Virus record (IMG/VR): IMGVR_UViG_3300027608_000010
Length of the DNA: 64,000 nucleotides
Reading direction: 5' to 3' (one strand)
DNA from: a virus
Taxonomy: Duplodnaviria; Caudoviricetes
Shown here: piece after piece, positions 1 to 4,462 of the stretch
How positions within the stretch are numbered: the stretch's first letter is position 1
Layout: each line of letters opens with the position of its first letter
The notes under the pieces: generated by a model
The model's database searches: none
What the model saw: the letters and a program-made list of their open reading frames with translations, nothing else
Told to the model about the DNA's origin: nothing
Program-made: the position numbers and the translations under genes

Positions 1-257
1 ATCAACCTTCGTTCACCCCTAACGGACTAGGTAACCCTAATGTGTTTACATATAGTCCCTGTAACTTAAACAGGGCTATACGAAAATTTAAAATTTTAAC
101 GAACATTACAACTAGTCTCAATCGACTGTGCTGTTTTATAATTTGCTTAGGCCGAGTCTACAAACTCGCTCCGAGTCCCTTGGTTCCAACCCTTTTTGCA
201 TCTCTGCGTGGGTTCTTACATTCGAGGACCACCTTGCTTTCTCAACTCATTAAATGT

Positions 258-286
258 ATTATACATCTAATTGGATTTATCGTCAA
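258..286 (-). promoter_or_regulatory. sigma70-type phage early promoter, copy 1
   Basis: Minus strand TTGACG-17 bp-TATAAT with an A-rich UP-like tract upstream; near-duplicate of 363-391 and 4040-4068 (shared TTGACGATAAA). Confidence 0.75.
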
Positions 287-362
287 TTCTTTTGTGTTGT
301 ATTTTTACGTCACTCAGAATCTTCAACTCACCTTTGAATCAATCTCTCAACTCATTAAACAT

Positions 363-391
363 AGTATAGCACCAAATGGGTTTATCGTCAA
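363..391 (-). promoter_or_regulatory. sigma70-type phage early promoter, copy 2 (tandem duplicate)
   Basis: Minus strand TTGACG-17 bp-TATACT; the downstream TTTAATGAGTTGAGA is shared with copy 1. Confidence 0.7.
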
Positions 392-440
392 ATTTTTTGT
401 TGTTGTATTTTTACTACAGAATTGTAATACTATTGTTTCT

Positions 441-515
441 TGGTCCGGCGTACAGGAATCGAACCCATATTCACGGTGTAGAAGACCGCTGTATTATCCG
501 TTATACTAACGCCGG
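441..515 (-). tRNA. trnR: tRNA-Arg(TCT)
   Basis: Acceptor CCGGCGT/ACGCCGG, anticodon arm GCGGT-CTTCTAC-ACCGT, GGTTCGATTCC T-arm, encoded CCA. Confidence 0.9.
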
Positions 516-524
516 AAAATTTGT

Positions 525-716
525 TTAGGCTAAGGATTGTCTGAAAACTGCTAATTCTGCATCAGTGAGAATTAGTTCCAGTTTGTTTTGTTTTGCTGAT
601 GGGTCTCTTGCCCAATCATATACTGTATAGATATGTACGTAGTTGCTACCCTCTGGTATATCTAACTTGCGTGTTTCACAAAATAGTTTATAACCTGCGT
701 TTTCACTAACTAACAT
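525..716 (-). CDS. hypothetical protein, 63 aa, within the tRNA array
   Basis: ORF with GGAG RBS, filling the gap between tRNA-Asn and tRNA-Arg. Confidence 0.65.
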   Translation of the reverse strand: MLVSENAGYKLFCETRKLDIPEGSNYVHIYTVYDWARDPSAKQNKLELILTDAELAVFRQSLA

Positions 717-735
717 ACTTACTCCATAAAATGTT

Positions 736-811
736 TGGCTCCACAGCCTGGGCTCGAACCAGGGACCAATTGATTAACAGTCAACTACTCTACCGACTGA
801 GCTACTGCGGA
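736..811 (-). tRNA. trnN: tRNA-Asn(GTT)
   Basis: TCCGCAG/CTGTGGA acceptor, GTTGA-CTGTTAA-TCAAT anticodon arm, CCA. Confidence 0.95.
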
Positions 812-821
812 ATGAATTACT

Positions 822-896
822 TGGTGCCGAATGTCTGGTTCGAACAGACGACCTATCGCTTACAAGGCGATTGCACTACCACTGTGCTAATTCGGC
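822..896 (-). tRNA. trnT: tRNA-Thr(TGT)
   Basis: GCCGAAT/ATTCGGC acceptor, ATCGC-CTTGTAA-GCGAT anticodon arm, CCA. Confidence 0.95.
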
Positions 897-914
897 ATAT
901 TTTTATTTAACTGA

Positions 915-957
915 AGTATATCACAGGGAAACTTTTCTGTCAAGTCCCCTGTGATAT
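915..957 (-). promoter_or_regulatory. sigma70-type promoter embedded in an 11-bp inverted repeat
   Basis: TTGACA(938-943)-17 bp-TATACT(915-920); ATATCACAGGG (918-928) and CCCTGTGATAT (947-957) form a perfect inverted repeat. Confidence 0.65.
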
Positions 958-959
958 TT

Positions 960-1520
960 TTACGACAATAAGATTCTACTGTGCTTTGGAACACCTGCAA
1001 GCAAGTAGTCCATTTGATCCGAAAGTATGTTGCGTTGTTGTAGAATCATGTTTTCATAGTGATTTGGTGCGTATGGGATGTACAACAATTCTAGACCACA
1101 TTCTTTTAACAGTTTGTGACCCTTCTTTGCGTTACAGTCCTTACATGCAGTAACCACATTCATCCAAGTGTTTTCACCACCTCGGCTCTTAGGCAGAATG
1201 TGGTCACGACTTAGATTATTATAATTGGGGAAATGTCCACCACAGTATGCACACACATATCGGTCACGACCGAATAGTGTACGGTTGCTTAGTGCAACGT
1301 TGGCATGCTTGTGTGGATTGAAACCATGACCCTTGATAGCAATTATGCTAGTAGTTTCTAGGTAACTCATTTCACCGTCATTTTGTACACCACCACGATA
1401 CTTAGCTACAACTTCTCCTAATGCCCATGCAATTGCATTCTTTGCATGGTAGGTAATTGCGTCATCGTATGAGATCCACTGTCGGGGAACTCCTGAGATA
1501 TCTAGTGCTAGAACAGCCAT
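960..1520 (-). CDS. HNH endonuclease (McrA/HNH_5-like)
   Basis: RDRYVCAYCG, SRDHILPKSRGG and NVVTACKDCNAKKG: Zn-finger plus HNH motif. Confidence 0.92.
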   Translation of the reverse strand: MAVLALDISGVPRQWISYDDAITYHAKNAIAWALGEVVAKYRGGVQNDGEMSYLETTSIIAIKGHGFNPHKHANVALSNRTLFGRDRYVCAYCGGHFPNYNNLSRDHILPKSRGGENTWMNVVTACKDCNAKKGHKLLKECGLELLYIPYAPNHYENMILQQRNILSDQMDYLLAGVPKHSRILLS

Positions 1521-1566
1521 TTTCTACTCCTTTGTTGCTATTGTCACTATAACTATTTAACTAGTT

Positions 1567-1642
1567 TGGAGGGTCGTAGAGGAATTGAACCCCTGACATC
1601 TTGGTTCGAAGCCAAGTACTCTATCCACTGAGTTAACGACCC
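1567..1642 (-). tRNA. trnR: tRNA-Arg(TCG)
   Basis: GGGTCGT/ACGACCC acceptor, CTTGG-CTTCGAA-CCAAG anticodon arm, CCA. Confidence 0.93.
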
Positions 1643-1645
1643 ATT

Positions 1646-1674
1646 ACTATAACAGATAATTGAATTACTGTCAA
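1646..1674 (-). promoter_or_regulatory. sigma70-type promoter directly upstream of tRNA-Arg(TCG)
   Basis: TTGACA-17 bp-TATAGT ending 3 nt before the tRNA 5' end. Confidence 0.6.
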
Positions 1675-1686
1675 TTATTTGTTGGC

Positions 1687-1717
1687 AAAAGAAATCCCGC
1701 ACTGTGCGGGATTTTTA
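1687..1717 (-). terminator. intrinsic terminator (potentially bidirectional)
   Basis: 10-bp stem AAATCCCGCA/TGCGGGATTT with T-rich tails on both strands, just after the stop of the 1730-2209 ORF. Confidence 0.8.
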
Positions 1718-1729
1718 AATGGTGAAAAA

Positions 1730-2209
1730 TTATTTTTTATAAAGCGGGCCGCGCCGATTATACGCATCCCAATTTTGTCCGTTACTAGTTAAACGATATT
1801 CTTCCCAATTTTCCCAATCAAATGCAGTATCTTCAGGAGCTCTATAATCACAATCTACGATTTCACTGCCTGTTTTGGTTGCTAAAACAGAAGAACTAAA
1901 ATTTTGTAAAAACCAGTCAAGTTGAGATTGATTATAAAATAATACAAATATAATAGCCGAGTCACTACCTACACCCTCAAGATGATGGCTATATATTAAT
2001 CCAGTTTCAGAGACAGCAGCCATAACAATTGGAAATTCAGTTTGATGTGGATTAGCTAGTCCCATATCTACTTGACTTTTATAATATTGTCGATGTCGAT
2101 TAAAATCTTCTATTGTTACGAGTTTTACTCCTTCAGTATTTAAGAAATCCTTATTCAATGATAATGAGGAATAAAGTACTAATTTTTTAGTGTAAATCCA
2201 TTCTTGCAT
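1730..2209 (-). CDS. hypothetical protein, about 159 aa
   Basis: ORF track 1730-2260; the GGAGA RBS favours ATG at 2209 (MQEWIY); no recognised motif. Confidence 0.7.
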   Translation of the reverse strand: MQEWIYTKKLVLYSSLSLNKDFLNTEGVKLVTIEDFNRHRQYYKSQVDMGLANPHQTEFPIVMAAVSETGLIYSHHLEGVGSDSAIIFVLFYNQSQLDWFLQNFSSSVLATKTGSEIVDCDYRAPEDTAFDWENWEEYRLTSNGQNWDAYNRRGPLYKK

Positions 2210-2248
2210 ATAAATTCTCCGTATATTTAATATACTATTTATCTTAAT

Positions 2249-2335
2249 TGGTACCCCCACTGAGATTTGAACTCAGATATCTTTTAAGATGCTCCCTTTT
2301 GAGGAGAGTGACTTTACCAATTTGTCTATAGGGGC
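2249..2335 (-). tRNA. trnL: tRNA-Leu(CAA)
   Basis: CTCTC-CTCAAAA-GGGAG anticodon arm, long variable arm, CCA. Confidence 0.92.
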
Positions 2336-2340
2336 ATTAA

Positions 2341-2416
2341 TGGTACCAAGAGTTGGGATCGAACCAACCACACCCGATTCTTCAGACCGGTGCTCTACCA
2401 ACTGAGCTATCTTGGC
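2341..2416 (-). tRNA. trnF: tRNA-Phe(GAA)
   Basis: GCCAAGA/TCTTGGT acceptor, CCGGT-CTGAAGA-ATCGG anticodon arm, CCA. Confidence 0.95.
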
Positions 2417-2422
2417 ATTGTT

Positions 2423-2498
2423 TGGGGAGTTACACGGGGAACGATCCCGTACTACCAGTTTCACAGACTAGGGTGCGAACCTCTACACTAGTAACTCC
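2423..2498 (-). tRNA. trnH: tRNA-His(GTG)
   Basis: 8-bp acceptor GGAGTTAC/GTAACTCC with encoded G-1, CTAGT-CTGTGAA-ACTGG anticodon arm, CCA. Confidence 0.92.
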
Positions 2499-2510
2499 AT
2501 AGAAAAGAAC

Positions 2511-2564
2511 AGGATGCTTATTTTTCAATTAAAAGTTGAATTTTTTATTTGCTGAACGCATCCT
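2511..2564 (-). ncRNA. mini tRNA-Lys(UUU) anticodon-mimic RNA, copy 1 (putative)
   Basis: AGGATGC-GTTCAGCAAATAAAAAA-TTCAA-CTTTTAA-TTGAA-AAATAA-GCATCCT: 7-bp closing stem, 5-bp stem with a CUUUUAA loop, no D or T arm, no CCA. Confidence 0.6.
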
Positions 2565-2569
2565 AAAAG

Positions 2570-2647
2570 TGGTCTGGGTAGGAGGATTTGAACCTCCAGC
2601 CTCCGAGTTCCAAGCCCGGCCGTCTACCAAGTTGACAATATACCCAG
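2570..2647 (-). tRNA. trnP: tRNA-Pro(TGG)
   Basis: CTGGGTA/TACCCAG acceptor, CCGGG-CTTGGAA-CTCGG anticodon arm, CCA. Confidence 0.94.
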
Positions 2648-2654
2648 TTATTTT

Positions 2655-2746
2655 TGGCGGAAGACAGAGGAGTCGAACCCCATCCCTGTTAAGAGAACCT
2701 GGTTTTCAAGGCCAGTCGGCGGACCATCCCACCTGCATTATCTTCC
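2655..2746 (-). tRNA. trnS: tRNA-Ser(TGA)
   Basis: GGAAGAT/GTCTTCC acceptor, CTTGAAA loop, long variable arm, CCA; C31-A39 mismatch. Confidence 0.92.
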
Positions 2747-2752
2747 ATTGTT

Positions 2753-2827
2753 TGGTGGACCGTAAGAGGATCGAACTCTTACTTCCGAGTTGCAAGCCCG
2801 GTGTGCTCCCATTATCACTAACAGCCC
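2753..2827 (-). tRNA. trnA: tRNA-Ala(TGC)
   Basis: GGGCTGT/ACGGTCC acceptor with the G3:U70 Ala determinant, CTTGCAA loop, CCA. Confidence 0.95.
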
Positions 2828-2837
2828 ATGAATAAGT

Positions 2838-2978
2838 TTTCGGGAACTAATTCGGTGTACACTTGAATTAGTTTGTCTCGTATACAAGAGTTTATCGACC
2901 TTTATAATCTACTGGTGTGTCACACATGCCGCCATGTGCTAGATTACAAGGGACTCAATCATATCGTCTATCCCGAAA
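2838..2978 (-). ncRNA. unidentified multi-branched structured RNA of about 140 nt between tRNA-Ile and tRNA-Ala
   Basis: Closing stem TTTCGGGA/TCCCGAAA; internal helices TGTAATCTA/TAGATTATA, GCACATG/CATGTGT, CTTG/CGAG and AACTAATTC/GAATTAGTT; G:U pairs favour the minus strand. Confidence 0.55.
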
Positions 2979-2980
2979 TT

Positions 2981-3055
2981 TGGTAGCCAATGATGGGAAC
3001 GATCCATCGACCCCCGCCTTATCAAGACGGTGCTCTACCACTGAGCTAATTGGCC
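2981..3055 (-). tRNA. trnI: tRNA-Ile(GAT)
   Basis: GGCCAAT/ATTGGCT acceptor, CCGTC-TTGATAA-GGCGG anticodon arm, CCA. Confidence 0.95.
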
Positions 3056-3063
3056 AAATTGTT

Positions 3064-3139
3064 TGGTAGTTGAGGTCGGACTCGAACCGACGATAGATAC
3101 CGTATGAAGGTATTGCATTAGCCACTATGCTACTCAACC
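3064..3139 (-). tRNA. tRNA with CAT anticodon (elongator Met or lysidine-modified Ile2)
   Basis: GGTTGAG/CTCAACT acceptor, ATACC-TTCATAC-GGTAT anticodon arm, CCA; lacks initiator features (no C1:A72 mismatch, no 3 G-C pairs). Confidence 0.88.
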
Positions 3140-3140
3140 A

Positions 3141-3210
3141 TATAAAAACACATTCTAGGGTAGTCGTACAACATACCCCCAGCCCCGGGAGCCGCGAATG
3201 TGTTTTTATA
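3141..3210 (-). ncRNA. long-stem structured RNA wedged exactly between tRNA-Thr(GGT) and tRNA-CAT
   Basis: Perfect 15-bp inverted repeat TATAAAAACACATTC/GAATGTGTTTTTATA (19 bp including the flanking tRNA ends) around a 40-nt GC-rich core. Confidence 0.55.
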
Positions 3211-3285
3211 TGGTGCTGATGGCGGGATTTGAACCCACGACCTCTTTCTTACCAAGAAAGTACACTACCACTGTGTTACATCAGC
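3211..3285 (-). tRNA. trnT: tRNA-Thr(GGT)
   Basis: GCTGATG acceptor 5' strand, CTTTC-TTGGTAA-GAAAG anticodon arm, CCA. Confidence 0.94.
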
Positions 3286-3289
3286 TAAT

Positions 3290-3366
3290 TGGTGCGACCG
3301 GAGAGATTCGAACTCCCGACTCCTAAGTTCGTAGCCTAGTACTCTATCCAACTGAGTTACGGTCGC
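3290..3366 (-). tRNA. trnR: tRNA-Arg(ACG)
   Basis: GCGACCG/CGGTCGC acceptor, CTAGG-CTACGAA-CTTAG anticodon arm, CCA. Confidence 0.95.
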
Positions 3367-3376
3367 ATTATAAAAC

Positions 3377-3433
3377 AGGATAGCATCTTTTTTCATTAAA
3401 AGTGAAATTGGATTTGTTTGCTGTTGCTATCCT
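3377..3433 (-). ncRNA. mini tRNA-Lys(UUU) anticodon-mimic RNA, copy 2 (putative)
   Basis: AGGATAGC-AACAGCAAACAAATCCAA-TTTCA-CTTTTAA-TGAAA-AAAGAT-GCTATCCT; same architecture as 2511-2564 with different stem sequences. Confidence 0.6.
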
Positions 3434-3438
3434 AAAAC

Positions 3439-3515
3439 TGGCATCCTGTACGGGATTCGAACCCGTGATCTCCTACTTGAAAGGCAAGCGTTCTAGGCCT
3501 CTAAACTAACAGGAT
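3439..3515 (-). tRNA. trnE: tRNA-Glu(TTC)
   Basis: ATCCTGT/ACAGGAT acceptor, CTTGC-CTTTCAA-GTAGG anticodon arm, CCA. Confidence 0.92.
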
Positions 3516-3522
3516 ATAAATT

Positions 3523-3596
3523 TGGCAGAGGGTACTGGGTTCGAACCAGTGATAACAGAGTCAAAGTCTGTGGTGTTACCGCTACACTAACCCCCA
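3523..3596 (-). tRNA. trnQ: tRNA-Gln(TTG)
   Basis: ACAGA-CTTTGAC-TCTGT anticodon arm, GGTTCGAACCC T-arm, CCA. Confidence 0.92.
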
Positions 3597-3660
3597 ACAT
3601 ATTTTTAATAGTCAAGTGCGTCCTTCAACCTTCACAGGGTCTAATTTTTTTCCTCGCACT

Positions 3661-3744
3661 ATGCTATTCTAAAACACACTCACCCGAATGGACATATCCT
3701 GCAAGAGTTCCGCCTACTGTCGGAAGTGTGTTTTAGAATAGCGT
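3661..3744 (-). ncRNA. long-stem structured RNA upstream of the first tRNA
   Basis: 18-20-bp inverted repeat (AT)GCTATTCTAAAACACACT / AGTGTGTTTTAGAATAGC(GT) around a 44-nt core with small hairpins; shares TAAAACAC/TAAAAACAC with the 3141-3210 stem. Confidence 0.5.
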
Positions 3745-3902
3745 GATGTATCTTTCAACATCCACACTATGATAGGGTTGATACCCTACCCAGTGATTTT
3801 AATCTCTACGTTGTCGCCATAGATTTCATCCTACTGTCCGCCCGTTTGTAACATTTTTATAGTGATGTATTCCGGCCCTCGTTGCCTATCAACACTTGTA
3901 TC

Positions 3903-4058
3903 TTAGTTTGTAGCTTTGGCTTTCACCTTAGCATTAAGATACTGTTTAGCTAACTTGATTTTTTGTTCAATCAACTTTCGCTTTTGTTCTTCTGTTAACG
4001 TATGATTCCTTAACCATTCCGTTTTGTCAGAAGAACCGTATTCTATCTTACTATCCAT
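3903..4058 (-). CDS. small basic hypothetical protein, 51 aa (MDSKIEYGSSDKTEWLRNHTLTEEQKRKLIEQKIKLAKQYLNAKVKAKATN)
   Basis: Hand-translated and absent from the ORF track; AAGGA upstream; helical Lys-rich C-terminus; overlaps the 4040-4068 promoter. Confidence 0.4.
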   Translation of the reverse strand: MDSKIEYGSSDKTEWLRNHTLTEEQKRKLIEQKIKLAKQYLNAKVKAKATN

Positions 4059-4068
4059 TTATCGTCAA
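4040..4068 (-). promoter_or_regulatory. sigma70-type early promoter, copy 3
   Basis: TTGACG-17 bp-TAGAAT, same TTGACGATAAA core as 258-286 and 363-391. Confidence 0.6.
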
Positions 4069-4092
4069 TTCCTTTTGTTGTTTTTATGCTAC

Positions 4093-4133
4093 AAAAGCAA
4101 AAACCCCTGAGACTTTTTAGTTTCCCAGGGGTT
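4093..4133 (-). terminator. intrinsic terminator / attenuator hairpin after the leader ORF
   Basis: AACCCCTGGGAAAC-TAAAAA-GTCTCAGGGGTT followed by TTTGCTTTT. Confidence 0.8.
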
Positions 4134-4161
4134 CAAAATAATTTGTTATGATGCTAACTTG

Positions 4162-4302
4162 TTATTCCGTTCCCCGGGGCGTTTGTTCTGTATTATCATT
4201 TGAGCCACGAATACTTGTAGGATATGCTGGTACAAAAGAGGCTAAGGTTATTCTAGACCATAGTCCCATATGTTTCAGCGATTTACAAGTTTTATTCATC
4301 AT
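4162..4302 (-). CDS. putative attenuator leader peptide, 46 aa (MMNKTCKSLKHMGLWSRITLASFVPAYPTSIRGSNDNTEQTPRGTE)
   Basis: Hand-translated; AGGA/GAGA purine tract upstream; contains all 20 amino acids; its last codons (CCCCGGGG) are complementary to the terminator 5' arm. Confidence 0.6.
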   Translation of the reverse strand: MMNKTCKSLKHMGLWSRITLASFVPAYPTSIRGSNDNTEQTPRGTE

Positions 4303-4379
4303 AGTCTCTTATTTAGTCCTGGTTTACAAATTTCTTTTTTTAAGTCGCTTTTCGGCGCTTTTTCTTAATTCATGCATGA

Positions 4380-4408
4380 AGTATACATCAGATTTGATTT
4401 AAAGTCAA
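4380..4408 (-). promoter_or_regulatory. sigma70-type promoter for the leader/tRNA transcript
   Basis: TTGACT-17 bp-TATACT; perfect 12-bp palindrome TTCATGCATGAA (4369-4380) over the start site. Confidence 0.65.
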
Positions 4409-4462
4409 CCTTCTGTTTACCCAATTTATTTAGTGCCATTCGTTTTAGTCATTAAATATATC

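Noticed and set aside
42-509. 155-aa plus-strand ORF
   Set aside because: Antisense to two promoters and tRNA-Arg, with no protein-like motifs; shadow ORF.
2273-3137. ORFs 2273-2464, 2536-2835 and 2955-3137
   Set aside because: They overlap clear tRNA genes and are translations of tRNA sequence.
3141-3210. Possible tRNA-associated HDV-like (theta) ribozyme
   Set aside because: Position fits, but I could not build the nested double pseudoknot; the element is dominated by a simple long stem. An Infernal or RNArobo search would settle it.
3600-3960. tmRNA, RNase P RNA or riboswitch
   Set aside because: No tRNA-like acceptor/T-arm ends, tag reading frame or recognisable aptamer consensus.
4342-4360. 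boxB-like GAAAA hairpin in the leader
   Set aside because: The stem is short and bulged and no boxA is evident; too weak to call an antitermination site.
4148-4402. 84-aa plus-strand ORF
   Set aside because: Antisense to the leader ORF, promoter and terminator, which are all oriented on the minus strand.
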